The position numbers and the translations under genes were made by a program. A stretch of DNA of 64,000 nucleotides, from the NCBI GenBank assembly GCA_035063585.1, contig JAPSGB010000022.1:1-64000 (forward strand). Reading direction: 5' to 3'. This DNA is from Polyangiaceae bacterium. Lineage in GTDB: Bacteria > Myxococcota_A > Polyangia > Polyangiales > Polyangiaceae. The notes beneath the pieces were generated by a model, which was not told the origin of the DNA, made no database searches, and saw nothing but the letters and a program-made list of their open reading frames with translations. Shown one piece after another: positions 1 to 10,203 of this stretch. Position 1 is the stretch's first letter. Every line of letters begins with the position of its first letter.

Positions 1-72
1 GGCGTGACCGGCCGCGCCGGAGGTTCCCGCCGCGCCGGCGTGACCGGCCGCGCCGGAGGTTCCCGCCGCGCC
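1..72. repeat. 36-bp tandem repeat x2 (coding, GAAGTSGAAGHA-type units)
   Basis: ggcgtgaccggccgcgccggaggttcccgccgcgcc occurs at 1-36 and 37-72. Confidence 0.85.
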
Positions 73-522
73 GGCGCTGCCGCTCGCGCCCGCGACGCCG
101 GCCGCGCCGGCCTGACCCCCGAGCCCGCCCGCCCCCGACGCGCCGGCCGCGCCGGCGCCGCCCGCCATTCCGCCCGAGCCCGTGCTCTCGGGCACGCAGG
201 CCCACGCGCCGTTCGACACCTGGCACTGATAGCCGGTGACGCAGCCGGTTCGCTTGAAGGTGCAGTCGCCCAGGTGGCAGCGGGCGTCCTGGCCGCAGGT
301 CTCGTTCGCGCCGCAGTCGCTCGGGCGCGCGCACACCCGTCCGCCGCTCGCGCCGCCCGAGCCGCCGCTCGCGCGGACGCAGCTCCCCGAGCCGAAGTCG
401 CACACGAACCCGCCCGCGCAGTCCGCGCTCGAGAGGCACGGCACGGGATCGGGGAAGACGGGGCAGCCCGGCAAGAGCAGCACGCTCGCGAAGAGCGTGC
501 CCAGCACAGCGGTTTGCTTCAT
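1..522 (-). CDS. Cys-rich lipoprotein with Gly/Ala-rich linker (partial; runs off the left edge)
   Basis: Not in the ORF track. Reverse strand reads GGAGG RBS, then ATG at 522: MKQTAVLGTLFASVLLLPGC (lipobox), PVFPDPVPCLSSADCAGGFVCDFGSGSC...CARPSDCGANETC..., then GAAG repeats. Confidence 0.8.
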   Translation of the reverse strand, partial: MKQTAVLGTLFASVLLLPGCPVFPDPVPCLSSADCAGGFVCDFGSGSCVRASGGSGGASGGRVCARPSDCGANETCGQDARCHLGDCTFKRTGCVTGYQCQVSNGAWACVPESTGSGGMAGGAGAAGASGAGGLGGQAGAAGVAGASGSAGAAGTSGAAGHAGAAGTSGAAGHA

Positions 523-744
523 CTGCTCGCCTCCGGCGCGGACCGCCTCGGGCAGGTCCGCTGCCACACAGGGTAGCAAGCGAGGTCCCGCGTTCAAGCG
601 TGGGCGGCGCCGAGCGCAGGGCCGCGTGGCCGAGAAAACGGCGCGCGCGCCCGGAGCGCGCCCGTCTCGCGACCGGGCCCCGCGAAAACCCCGACCTCCG
701 GCTCGCAGCATGCTAGATTTCCGCACCCTTTTCGACTGACTCCC

Positions 745-2907
745 ATGGACGTTCGCTGCGGTCGGTGCGGTACCGAGTACGAGTTCGATGACGCGCTGGT
801 TTCCGAGCGCGGGACGACGGTGAAGTGCACCAACTGCGGACATCAGTTCAAGGTGCACCCCTCGACGACCGGGACCTCCGGCCCCGAGCGCTGGGTCGTC
901 CGCACCGGCAGCGGCCGAGAGCTCGTCTACACCTCGCTCCGTGATCTCCAGAAGGGGATCGCGCAGCGGCAGGTCGGCCCAGACGATCTCCTCACGCGCG
1001 GTAATCGGCCCGCGCGGCCGCTCGGCTCGATCGCGGAGCTCGAGCCGTTCTTCCAGACGCGGCTCCGCGCGACGCCCGGCGCGCGCAGCCCGAGCACGCT
1101 CGCAGGCGTCGCGCCGCCCTCGAACCTCGCCGATGCGGCGCCGCCGGTCGCGCCGCCCGCGGCCCCGGCCGCACCCGCGCCGGTCGCGCCGCCCGCTGCC
1201 GCGTCCGCGTCGGCGCCGCCGCCGCCGGTCGCGCCGCGGCCCCGCTCGGTACCGCCGCCGAAGCCCGCCTCGGCGCCCCCGCGGCCCGTCGCGCCGATTC
1301 GTGAGGAGCCCGAGCCCCCGACGCTCCCGATGAACGCGCGACCGGAGCCGTCGGTGGTGTTTCCTCTGGCGGCCACGGAGCCGGAGCTCCCGACCGAGGT
1401 GTACACGCCGACGCCGAGCGACGTCCGCGAGAGCCTGCGCTCGTACGCGGAGCTCCACACCGACCCGCGCTACGTCGTCGGGCCGCCCTCGCGGCGCGCG
1501 CGCTCGCGCTGGATCGGTGGCGTGGTGGTGCTCGGGGTGGTGGTGCTGCTCGGCGCGACCGTCGGTCGCAAGTTCCTCGCCGAGTACGCGCAGCCCGCGG
1601 CGGCGCCCTCGGCCACGCGCGACGCGCGCGTGGCGGACATGCTCGAGGAGGGTAACCGCCGGCTCGCCGATGGCGATACCGACGGCGCCAAGGAGCAGTA
1701 CGACAAGGCGAGCGTCCTGGCCGAGAAGGATCCTGCCGTGCTCGCCGCGCTGGCGCGGCTCGAGGTCGTCCGAGCCGATACCGTCTGGCTCAAGCTCCGG
1801 CTGCTCGATCCGGAGGACAAGGACCTCATCGCCGCCACGCACCGCCAACTCGGCGCGCGGGTCGGCAAGGCCGAGCAGCAGGTCCGCGCCGCGCTCGCCG
1901 TGGCGCCGGAGGATCCGGTGGTCAGGCGCGCCGAGATCGACGTCTTGAGAATGAGCGGCGAGCTCGCGAGGGCGCGGGAGAAGCTCGGCTCGATCGCCGA
2001 GAACCCGAGCGAGCCGGAGAACGCCTACGTGCTGGCCGCGCTCGATCTCGCCGAGTCCGTGCCCGGCTGGTCGAGCGTGATCGATCGCTTGCAGACGGCC
2101 GCGGGCGGCGAGCGCGCGCTTGGCCGCGCTCGCGCGGCGCTCGTCTACGCGCTCGCGCGCGCGGGCCGCGTCGCCGACGCGAAATCCGAGCTTGCCACCA
2201 TCGACGCGCGCTCGCGCCCGCACCCGCTGCTCGCCGAGCTCACCGCGTTCGTGAAGCGCTTCAGCGACGTGGCGGATGCCGGGCCGGCCGCCGAGGCGGA
2301 GGTCGCGACGGTCGATCCCGCGAGTCTGCCCAAGCTCGACACCTCGCGCCGCACGGGCGACGACGACGCGCCGCTCGCCGGCGATTTTCGCGGTCAGCTC
2401 GAGCGCGCGAGCGCGGCGCTCGCGCGCGGCGACCTCACCACGGCAAGTAATCTCTATGGCGCGGTGCTCGCCAAACAGCCGGGCAACACCGAGGCTCTCG
2501 CGGGGCTCGCCGAGGTCGCGCGAAAGCGCAAGGATCCGGACCAGGCCGAGAAGCTCTACGATCAGGTGCTCGAGCAGAACCCGAGCTACCTCCCGGCGCT
2601 CATGGGCCGCGCCGATCAGAAGTGGGACGCGGGTGATCGCAAGGGCGCCATCGCGCTCTACCGGCGCGTGCTCGAACAGGCCGGGGGCGGTTCGAGCTAC
2701 GGTCAGCGCGCCGCCGCGCGGATCGCCGAGGGCGAGGGCGGAGGCGCTCACGCGGGCGGCGCCACCGCGCCGGCTCCGACGGTCGCGCCCGCGCCGGAGC
2801 CCGCCGAGCCGAAGCCCGCCGAGCCGAAGCCCGCCGAGCCGAAGCCCGCCGAGCCGAAGCCCGAGGAGCCCGGTATCGACACCACCGATCTCCCGGGGAT
2901 GAACTGA
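745..2907 (+). CDS. Zinc-ribbon (MJ0042-type finger) / Pro-rich / TM / TPR protein
   Basis: N-terminal CGRC...VKCTNC, Pro-rich linker, one hydrophobic helix (~aa 256-273), TPR-like helical repeats, C-terminal PAEPK repeats. Confidence 0.85.
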   Translation: MDVRCGRCGTEYEFDDALVSERGTTVKCTNCGHQFKVHPSTTGTSGPERWVVRTGSGRELVYTSLRDLQKGIAQRQVGPDDLLTRGNRPARPLGSIAELEPFFQTRLRATPGARSPSTLAGVAPPSNLADAAPPVAPPAAPAAPAPVAPPAAASASAPPPPVAPRPRSVPPPKPASAPPRPVAPIREEPEPPTLPMNARPEPSVVFPLAATEPELPTEVYTPTPSDVRESLRSYAELHTDPRYVVGPPSRRARSRWIGGVVVLGVVVLLGATVGRKFLAEYAQPAAAPSATRDARVADMLEEGNRRLADGDTDGAKEQYDKASVLAEKDPAVLAALARLEVVRADTVWLKLRLLDPEDKDLIAATHRQLGARVGKAEQQVRAALAVAPEDPVVRRAEIDVLRMSGELARAREKLGSIAENPSEPENAYVLAALDLAESVPGWSSVIDRLQTAAGGERALGRARAALVYALARAGRVADAKSELATIDARSRPHPLLAELTAFVKRFSDVADAGPAAEAEVATVDPASLPKLDTSRRTGDDDAPLAGDFRGQLERASAALARGDLTTASNLYGAVLAKQPGNTEALAGLAEVARKRKDPDQAEKLYDQVLEQNPSYLPALMGRADQKWDAGDRKGAIALYRRVLEQAGGGSSYGQRAAARIAEGEGGGAHAGGATAPAPTVAPAPEPAEPKPAEPKPAEPKPAEPKPEEPGIDTTDLPGMN
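2800..2859. repeat. 15-bp tandem repeat x4 (PAEPK)
   Basis: cccgccgagccgaag x4, in frame within the zinc-ribbon gene. Confidence 0.9.
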
Positions 2908-4715
2908 TGCGGCGGTTCCTCGCCACCCTGGCGGCGGCGCTGCTCTTCTCCGGCTGTGAGGGTCGCCCGCGCACCGGCTCGTTCGCGGGCGCGAGCGAGC
3001 CCGAGACCTACGGCGACGGCACGCTGGTCGAGCTCGATCTCTCGTCCGGCGCTCCCGAGTCGCGCGGCTCGGGGGGGCTCTTCCTCCCCGAGCCCGCCTC
3101 GCGCACCTACGCGGGGCTGGTGCGCGTCCTCGAGCGTGAGGCGCGCGAGAAAGAGGCGAGCGCGTTCTACGTCCGGTTCGGTGACGCGACCTTCGGATGG
3201 GCGCGGACGCAAGAGCTCGGCCGGCTCCTCGGCAAGCTCCGCGCGGGCGGCAAGCCGGTCGTGTGCCACGCCGACACGCTCGACAACACCTCCGCGTGGC
3301 TCGCCGGTGCGGCGTGCGACCGGCTCTGGCTGAGCCCGGCCGGGGATGTGGACGCGATCGGCATCGCCGCGCAGATGGTCTACTTCAAGGGAGTCCTCGA
3401 CAAGCTCAAGGTAGAGGCGGACTTCGTTCACATGGGCCGCTACAAGAGCGCGGTCGAGCCCTTCACGCGTGACGGGCCGAGCGAGCCTGCGCGCGAGAAC
3501 CTGCTCTCCACGCTCGGCTCGATCCGCGCCGCGTGGCTGGACGGGGTCGGCGCGTCGCGCAAGGCGAGCGGCGCGCGCGCGGCGATGGAGCAGGGGCCGT
3601 GGAGCGCGAGCGAGGCCAGGGCGCACGGCCTGGTGGACGAGCTCGGTTACGAGTCCGACGCGCTGAAGGACGCCAAGGAGCGCGGAAAGGTCGGGCGCGT
3701 GAAGGTCGCCTTCGGGCCCGGCGCTTCCGACGCGCCGAGCAGCACCCTCGCCGAGCTCATCCGCATCCTCTCCGGCGCCGACGAGCGCACCGGCGGTCGC
3801 CCGCGCATCGCCGTAGTGCCGGCCGAGGGCAGCATCACGATGGAGCCGGGCAGGATGCTCTCGAGCGGCGGCATCGACGAAAAGTCGATGAAGAAGACCC
3901 TCGCGCGCCTCACCAAGGACGAGTCGGTGAAGGCCGTCGTGCTCCGCATCGACTCACCGGGCGGCTCGGCGCTCGCGAGCGATCTCATGTGGCACGAGCT
4001 GTCCTTGCTTCGCGCCAAGAAGCCGGTGGTCGTCTCGGTGGGTGATCTGGCGGCGAGCGGCGGGTACTACCTGGCGTGCGCCGGTACGCGCATCGTGGCC
4101 GAGCCGACCAGCATCGTCGGCTCGATCGGCGTGCTCGGAGGCAAGGTCGCGCTCGGCGCCGCGCTCGCGGAGTACGGCATCGAGAGCTATACGTTCTCGC
4201 CGAGTCCGGAGTCTGGCGCCGCTCCGCGCGCAGCGTATCTCTCGGTACTCACGCCGTGGGACGACGCTACGCGCGAGCGCGTCCGCGCGCAGATGTCCGA
4301 CGTGTACGAGCTCTTCCTGAAGCGGGTCGCGGCGGGCCGGAAGCTCGGGGTCGATGAGGTCCGCAAGCTCGCCGAGGGGCGCATCTACAGCGGCGCGCAG
4401 GGTAAGGAGGTGGGTCTGGTCGACGAGCTCGGCGGGCTCTCCCGCGCGCTCGAGATCGCGCGCGACCTCGGGAAGCTCGACGCCGACGCGCCGGTCAGCG
4501 TCGAAGGCGCGAGCGAGAGCCTCATCGAGCGGCTCATGGTCGGTCCGAACGCGAGCGCCGAGGACGTCGCCGCAGCGGCGCGCCGCGTCGAGGCCGCGCC
4601 GCCGCTCACCCGCGTGCTCCCGCGCTCGCTCCGTGTCTTTGCGGGCAGCCTCGAGCCGCTCCTCGGCCGCGAGCGCGTGCTCGCCGCGCTGCCCTTCGCG
4701 CTCGAGGTCCGGTAG
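2907..4715 (+). CDS. sppA: Signal peptide peptidase SppA (S49, two-domain), lipoprotein
   Basis: GRYKSAVEPF, RIDSPGGSA, GDLAASGGY, SIVGSIGV, GLVDELG motifs; lipobox FSGC; TGATG overlap with upstream gene. Confidence 0.92.
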   Translation: MRRFLATLAAALLFSGCEGRPRTGSFAGASEPETYGDGTLVELDLSSGAPESRGSGGLFLPEPASRTYAGLVRVLEREAREKEASAFYVRFGDATFGWARTQELGRLLGKLRAGGKPVVCHADTLDNTSAWLAGAACDRLWLSPAGDVDAIGIAAQMVYFKGVLDKLKVEADFVHMGRYKSAVEPFTRDGPSEPARENLLSTLGSIRAAWLDGVGASRKASGARAAMEQGPWSASEARAHGLVDELGYESDALKDAKERGKVGRVKVAFGPGASDAPSSTLAELIRILSGADERTGGRPRIAVVPAEGSITMEPGRMLSSGGIDEKSMKKTLARLTKDESVKAVVLRIDSPGGSALASDLMWHELSLLRAKKPVVVSVGDLAASGGYYLACAGTRIVAEPTSIVGSIGVLGGKVALGAALAEYGIESYTFSPSPESGAAPRAAYLSVLTPWDDATRERVRAQMSDVYELFLKRVAAGRKLGVDEVRKLAEGRIYSGAQGKEVGLVDELGGLSRALEIARDLGKLDADAPVSVEGASESLIERLMVGPNASAEDVAAAARRVEAAPPLTRVLPRSLRVFAGSLEPLLGRERVLAALPFALEVR

Positions 4716-4833
4716 GCCGGCTTCGAGGATCGGGGTAGGTCCGTCGCGGCCGGCGGCGCGGCGAGCACGCTGCTCGCGCCGAAGCCCGCCACGCCGCGGA
4801 GCACGGTCGCGCGCGCATCGGGTGCCTCCCGGG

Positions 4834-5217
4834 TCAGTGTGAGACGAGCCGCCGGACCAGCGTCATGCCCGCGACGCCCGCCGCGAGGCAGCTCACGAGC
4901 GTGAACGCGACGTTGCCGATGGCGAGCAGCCAGGCGCGCTCCCGCAGGAGCGTGAGCGTCTCGTAGTTGAAGGTCGAGTAGGTGGTGAGCCCGCCCATGA
5001 AGCCGGTCGTGAGCGCCAAGCGCAGGTTCGGGCCGACGAGCTCGGTCGAGAGCGCGAGCTCCAGCACCACCATGAGCAGGAACGAGCCCGCGACGTTCAC
5101 GATGAACGTGCCGAATGGAAACGCCGACTCGAGGGTCCGCCCCGCCCACGTCGCCACGAGATAGCGCGTGCCGCTGCCGAGCGCGCCGCCCAGGCAAACC
5201 CACGCGAGCCTCTCCAT
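4834..5217 (-). CDS. crcB: Fluoride efflux channel Fluc/CrcB
   Basis: GGALG, FPFGTFIVNVAGSF, TTGFMGGLTTYSTF motifs; 127 aa from ATG 5217. Confidence 0.95.
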   Translation of the reverse strand: MERLAWVCLGGALGSGTRYLVATWAGRTLESAFPFGTFIVNVAGSFLLMVVLELALSTELVGPNLRLALTTGFMGGLTTYSTFNYETLTLLRERAWLLAIGNVAFTLVSCLAAGVAGMTLVRRLVSH

Positions 5218-5295
5218 CGCGACCGACCACCTAGCGCGCTCGCCCGCGCGAAGCAACGCGGCGCGCGGCGAAGACGAGCGCGCGGTCCGGGTACG

Positions 5296-5325
5296 CGCTC
5301 GCTCGACGCCGGAGGCGAGCGAGCG
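5296..5325. terminator. GC-rich hairpin immediately after the mutS2 stop (no U-tract)
   Basis: Perfect 10-bp inverted repeat cgctcgctcg...cgagcgagcg; function is inferred. Confidence 0.3.
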
Positions 5326-7737
5326 TCACTCGACCCAAAATACGGTCCAGGCGTCCCCTCCGTCGTCGCGTCCGGCCGGCTCCCAGCGTGCGAGCAGCGC
5401 CGAGGTGCCGAGGTGCTCGCGCACCGCGTGCTTCACGGCGCCGGTGCCGTGCCCGTGGAGGACGAAGCCCGCCGGCTCACCCTCGCGAAGCATGCGGTCG
5501 ATGAAGCGGTCGAGCTCGTCGAGCGCCTCGTCCACACGCTGCCCGCGCAGATCGAGGGAATTGTCGCGCGTGCGCGCCGGCACGTGGCGCCCGGCCAGCG
5601 CCAGGCTCGGTTTCTCCTCGCGCGCCAGCCGCTTCGAGGGGTTCCGCGCCGCCCCGACGACCCCTCCTTCACGCTCGAGCTCGTCCACGCGGACGATGAG
5701 CGTCAGCGCGCCCGCTTGCACGCGAACTCGACCGCGCGCTGGCGGCTCGAGCACCTCCGCGGCGAGGCCCAGGCGCGCCACGAACACCCGGGCGCCCACC
5801 GCGAGCGCGTCGGCGCTCACCGGGAGCGGATTCGAGGCGCTCGCGCGCGGCTTCGACGCGCGCGCGAGCGGGCTGCCCACCGCGACCGGGTGCGCGGCCG
5901 CGTCGAGCTCGCGCTCGGCGCGCTCGAGCTCGGCGCGGGTCGCGCCAGCATGTCGCGTGCGCTCGAGGACCGAGCGCACGATGGCGCGCGCGTGGCGGAC
6001 CTCGGCGGTGAGCGCCTCCGCGTCGCGCGCGAGGCGGCGCTCCTCGTCGGCGCGAGCGCGCGCACGCTCTGCCTCGAGCTCGGCGACGAGCTCGCGCTGC
6101 CGGAGCGCGTCGGCTTCGAGCGTGCGTCGCGCCGTCTCGAGAGCCTGTCGCTCTGCCTCGAGGTGTCGCACGAGCTCCTCGCGCTCCACCGAGCGCTCCG
6201 GCAAGAGCGCGCGGGCGCGCTCGATGAGCGGCTCGGGGATGCCGAAGCGTCGCGCCACCGCGAGCGCGCTCGACGCGCCCGGCGCGCCGACGGAGAGGCG
6301 GAAGGTCGGCAGCATCCGCTCGACATCGAAGCCAACCGAGGCGTTGACGAAGCGAGCGCTCCCCGCGGATAGCTCCTTCAGCCGCTCGTAGTGCGTGGTG
6401 ACGGCGACCGCTGCCCCGCGGGTGACGAGCGCCTCGAGCACCGCGGCGGCGAGCGCCGAGCCCTCTTCCGGATCGGTGCCGGCGGCGACCTCGTCGAGCA
6501 GCACGAGCGCGTGCTCGCCGGAGGCCTCCAGGATGGAGGCGAGGTTCTCGACGTGCGCGCTGAAGGTCGAGAGCGAGCGTGAGAGAGACTGGGAGTCACC
6601 GATGTCGGTGAGCACCGGCTCGAGCCACCCGATGCGAGAGCCGGGCTCGGCGGGGATGGGCAGCCCGGCGCGCGCCATCCAGGCGGCCAGCCCGAGGCTC
6701 TTCAGCGCGACCGTCTTGCCGCCCGCGTTGGGCCCGGAGATGACCAGCGCCTGCCCGCCCTCGAGCAGGAGATCGCTCGGCACCACCTCGACGCCGGTGG
6801 CGACGAGGAGCGGGTGGCGCATCCCGCGGAGCTCGGCGCCACGCCCGTCATCGGGCGCGAGCGGGAGCGCGCGCGCGTCCTCTGCGAAGCGTGCGATGGC
6901 GGAGAGCAGGTCCGCGGTGATGCACGCTTCGGCGGCGACGGCGAGGTCCTCGGCTCGAGCGGCGACAAGCGCGGTGAGCTCGGCGAGCACGCGCGCCTCC
7001 TCGCGCTCGACCGCGGCCTCCTCGACGCGGAGTCGATTGCCGAGCTCGATGAGCTCCTCGGGCTCGACGTAGAGCGTGCCGCCCGACGCGCTCGACCCGA
7101 GCACGATACCGGGCACGCGCCGGTGAGCGTCGGCGCGCACCGGGAGCACGGTGCGGCCCTCGCGCTCCGCGTAGTACGCGCCCTGCAGCACCTCGGAGTG
7201 ACGCTGCGCGAGCGCGCTGGCGCGCTGAGACAGGTTGCGTCTCAGCTCGGCGACCCTCCGGCGCGCCTCGGCGAGGGCCGGCGAGGCGCGGTCGGCGACG
7301 CGGCCCTCGTCGTCGAGGTCGCGGCGGAGCCGTTCGAGGAGGGCGTCGAGCGCCGGCGCGCTGTCGAGCACCGGCGCCAGCGTCGACTCACGCGCGCGCT
7401 CGCCGCGCGCGAAGGCGCGGAGCTCGCGGGCGAGCGCCAGGACCGTGATGAGCCGGGTGAGCTCCGGGCCGGTCGCCAGCGCGCCGCGCCGCGCGCGGGC
7501 GATGAGCTCGCGCGGGTCATCGACCGCGCGCACGGGTAGTGCGTGACCTTGGGCCCTCCGCTCGAGGAGCTCTCGAAGCCGCGCCATACGCGCGCGCGCA
7601 TCCCCGGGTTCGCTCGCCGGCGCGAGCGCGCGGAGCCGCGCGGCGGCCACCTCGCCAGCGGCCGCGCCCGCGACGCGGTCGAGCAGGAGCGCCCACTCGA
7701 GATCGAGCGCGGTCTTCGCGCGGCGGGGGCCGGTCAC
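5326..7737 (-). CDS. mutS2: Endonuclease MutS2 (MutS ATPase + coiled coil + KOW + Smr)
   Basis: Walker A GPNAGGKT, SLSTFS, LLDE, TTHY, C-terminal Smr LDLRG...HGHGTG; start placed at GTG 7737 (VTGP...LDLEW). Confidence 0.93.
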   Translation of the reverse strand: MTGPRRAKTALDLEWALLLDRVAGAAAGEVAAARLRALAPASEPGDARARMARLRELLERRAQGHALPVRAVDDPRELIARARRGALATGPELTRLITVLALARELRAFARGERARESTLAPVLDSAPALDALLERLRRDLDDEGRVADRASPALAEARRRVAELRRNLSQRASALAQRHSEVLQGAYYAEREGRTVLPVRADAHRRVPGIVLGSSASGGTLYVEPEELIELGNRLRVEEAAVEREEARVLAELTALVAARAEDLAVAAEACITADLLSAIARFAEDARALPLAPDDGRGAELRGMRHPLLVATGVEVVPSDLLLEGGQALVISGPNAGGKTVALKSLGLAAWMARAGLPIPAEPGSRIGWLEPVLTDIGDSQSLSRSLSTFSAHVENLASILEASGEHALVLLDEVAAGTDPEEGSALAAAVLEALVTRGAAVAVTTHYERLKELSAGSARFVNASVGFDVERMLPTFRLSVGAPGASSALAVARRFGIPEPLIERARALLPERSVEREELVRHLEAERQALETARRTLEADALRQRELVAELEAERARARADEERRLARDAEALTAEVRHARAIVRSVLERTRHAGATRAELERAERELDAAAHPVAVGSPLARASKPRASASNPLPVSADALAVGARVFVARLGLAAEVLEPPARGRVRVQAGALTLIVRVDELEREGGVVGAARNPSKRLAREEKPSLALAGRHVPARTRDNSLDLRGQRVDEALDELDRFIDRMLREGEPAGFVLHGHGTGAVKHAVREHLGTSALLARWEPAGRDDGGDAWTVFWVE

Positions 7738-7853
7738 GCGCGGACGACTAGCACGGCCTGGCAGAGGAAGGTGTCGCGCGCGGGTCTCGCGGCGTCTTCC
7801 CGCGCCGGGAGCCGCGGAGTATGGTCGCGCTTCACTTCCGGGGAGAATCAATC

Positions 7854-8159
7854 ATGAAGAACCGACTCGGCACCACCGCGCTCTCGGCTGCGCTCCTTCT
7901 CGCGGCGCTGCTCGCCTGCAAGACCAGCGACGACGACGTGAAGAAGCTCGAGACCATCCGGACCGACGCCTGCGCGTGCACCGACAAACCGTGCGCCGAC
8001 CAGCAGCTCGCCGAGTTCAAGAGTCACGTGCAGAAGATCAAGAACAAGGGCGTGTCCGAGGCGCACGCCAAGCGGATCACCGAGGCGACCAAGGAGCTCA
8101 CCATCTGCTTGATGCAGCAGGGGGAGAGCGTCACGGACATCCAGGCGGCGACCCAGTAG
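7854..8159 (+). CDS. Small Cys-containing lipoprotein
   Basis: GGAG RBS, MKNRLGTTALSAALLLAALLAC lipobox, CACTDKPC motif, GC3-biased codons. Confidence 0.8.
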   Translation: MKNRLGTTALSAALLLAALLACKTSDDDVKKLETIRTDACACTDKPCADQQLAEFKSHVQKIKNKGVSEAHAKRITEATKELTICLMQQGESVTDIQAATQ

Positions 8160-8167
8160 CGCCGAGC

Positions 8168-8193
8168 GGGTCTGGTCGGCCCGGCGCGGAACC
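8168..8193 (-). repeat. Dispersed REP-like element, reverse copy
   Basis: gggtctggtcggcccggcgcggaacc is 25/26 identical to 16776-16801. Confidence 0.7.
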
Positions 8194-8240
8194 CCCCGCC
8201 GCGAGCTCGGCGCTCGCCGAGGCGTGATAGGGTGCGTGCG

Positions 8241-9626
8241 GTGTCGCGCCGCCCGTCGCGCTTCCTCGAGCAGCTCCTCACGGTTCATCGCTACGGTGGG
8301 ACCGGGGTCCTCACCGTGCGCGCCGAGCAGGTGACCACCTACGTCTATCTGCTGAAGGGGACGCCCGTCTTCGCCGAAGAAGGGACGCTCGGCGAGACGC
8401 TCGGGAGGCTGCTGGTCCGACGCGGGGCCCTCTCCGAGGAGCAGTACCTGGAGATCCTGGCGCGCATGACCGACAGCTTGTTCTCGAACGAGCAGCTCCG
8501 CTTCGGCGAGGTGGCGAGCTTGCTCGGCTACCTGACGCTCGAGCAGATCAACGAGGCCCTGGCGATGCAGGTCCGCGAGAAGATCGTGCACTGCATGCAG
8601 TGGGAGGACGCGGAGTGCGAGTACGTCCCGAACGTCGCCGCGCTCTCGGAGGTCGCGCGCTACCCATGTCGCGTCGACGCGGTGGTGCTCGAAGGGCTCC
8701 GCCGCTACTACGACCGGGCGCGCGTCGCCGGCGCTTGGAGCGGTGACCAGTCGCTCCGTCCGGCCCTCGGCGACGCTCCCACGGTGCTCGCGGCGCGGTA
8801 TGAGGCGTCGCCCGAGGAGCGCGCGGTGTTGGAGCGCCTCGATGGCCGGAGCACGCTCGCCGAGCTCGCCGAGCTGGGGCTGGTCGCCGAACGCCTCCTC
8901 ACCGCGCTCATCGTGACCGGCGGCGTGACGCTGCACGCCACCGAGGAGGAGGCTCGCCGCGCGTGCTCCGGCGCGGGCCGCGTGCGCGTCCCCGCCGGGG
9001 TCCTCGCCCGCGCGCGCCAGGAGCCTCCCGCGGCCGAGAGCGCGCCGGAGGTCGAGCCGGGGCAGAAGCCGGTGCCCGCGTCGCGGCAGGTGCCGCCAGC
9101 GACGCGCGTCGGGGAGCCGCGTATCGTCGAGGCGCCGCCGAGCCCGCAGCTGCCCGACCGCGCCGCGCGCCCGCCCTTGAACCTGCCGCGCCGCGCGCGG
9201 CCGTCCGTGCCGCCGCCGCTCGACGAGCAGCGAGATCGGCTCCGCGCCGAGCAGAGCTTTCAGAGCGGTAAGCGGAACCTCCGCGCGGGAGTACTCGGCA
9301 CGGCTGCCGAGGAGCTCGCGAAGGCGGCCGAGCTGCACCCCTCGGCCATCGAGTATCAGCTCTACGCGACGTGGGCGCGGTTCCGACTGGCTCGGGATCC
9401 GAGCGCCGCCCAGGAGCTTCGCGAGCAGCTCGCGCGACTGGCGCTCGCCTGCGTGCGGCAAGATCAGAACCTGGCCTTCGCTCACTACGTCTTCGCTCGA
9501 GTCCGGCTCCTCGAGGGCGATGAGCGCTCTGCCTTGAAGAGCTTTCGCATCGCGCACAAGCTGGATCCGAACGACGTCGACGCGCTCCGTCACGTGCGCC
9601 TCCTGACCCGCCGCGCCGGCGGATGA
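8241..9626 (+). CDS. DUF4388-like domain + Pro-rich linker + TPR protein
   Basis: N-terminal GTGVLTVR...VYLLKG.PVFA...LGRLLVRRG...RFGEVA pattern; C-terminal TPR-like repeats; start placed at GTG 8241 because TAGGGT lies 7 nt upstream. Confidence 0.75.
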   Translation: MSRRPSRFLEQLLTVHRYGGTGVLTVRAEQVTTYVYLLKGTPVFAEEGTLGETLGRLLVRRGALSEEQYLEILARMTDSLFSNEQLRFGEVASLLGYLTLEQINEALAMQVREKIVHCMQWEDAECEYVPNVAALSEVARYPCRVDAVVLEGLRRYYDRARVAGAWSGDQSLRPALGDAPTVLAARYEASPEERAVLERLDGRSTLAELAELGLVAERLLTALIVTGGVTLHATEEEARRACSGAGRVRVPAGVLARARQEPPAAESAPEVEPGQKPVPASRQVPPATRVGEPRIVEAPPSPQLPDRAARPPLNLPRRARPSVPPPLDEQRDRLRAEQSFQSGKRNLRAGVLGTAAEELAKAAELHPSAIEYQLYATWARFRLARDPSAAQELREQLARLALACVRQDQNLAFAHYVFARVRLLEGDERSALKSFRIAHKLDPNDVDALRHVRLLTRRAGG

Positions 9627-9642
9627 GTCTCGGCGGCGGCGG

Positions 9643-10095
9643 CTACGCGCAGGCGCGGGCGGAGAGCCCCTCGATGGGCGTGCCGTCGCCGAGCCGCACC
9701 GACACGGCGACGCCGCTCCCGATCGCGTCGCGGTCGAGCGTCGCGGCCAGGATGGTGAGCGACTGCTGCGCGCGCGCTGCGCTCCGCTCGGTGGTGGTGA
9801 GCACCAGTCGCCCGCCGCCCGAGGCTCCGAGGTTCGCGAGGAGCCCGCGGACGAGCACCGCCCGCGCCGCGCTGGCCGCGGCGTCGCTCCGTCCGTTTCC
9901 GACCAGCACGATGTCCGTAATCGACCACCCGCGCGCTGCCAGTCGGGAGACGCGGCTGGCGACCTGCGTGACGAGCGAGCCGGGCTCGCCCTCGTAGTGC
10001 TGCGCGACCACCGCCATGTCGCCGCGGCCGGTCGGGGAGAGCCAGCGTGGCCAGGAACCGCCGAACTCGATGACCACCAAGGTTGCGTTGCGCAT
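9643..10095 (-). CDS. Hypothetical protein
   Basis: GGAG RBS before ATG 10095 (MRNATLVVIEFGG); non-repetitive composition; fits the gap between genes. Confidence 0.7.
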   Translation of the reverse strand: MRNATLVVIEFGGSWPRWLSPTGRGDMAVVAQHYEGEPGSLVTQVASRVSRLAARGWSITDIVLVGNGRSDAAASAARAVLVRGLLANLGASGGGRLVLTTTERSAARAQQSLTILAATLDRDAIGSGVAVSVRLGDGTPIEGLSARACA

Positions 10096-10203
10096 GGGTG
10101 TTCTCCTCGCCGGGCTCCTTCGGCCCCTTGCCGGCATAGGGCTCGGACGCCGGGTGGGCCAAGAAATCCCGCGGCTCGCGGCGAGCAGGTGGAGCGCGCT
10201 CGT

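Noticed and set aside
5218..5325. Fluoride riboswitch upstream of crcB
   Set aside because: The conserved GGNGAUG...UUCNCC and GCUGAUGAC elements are not visible.
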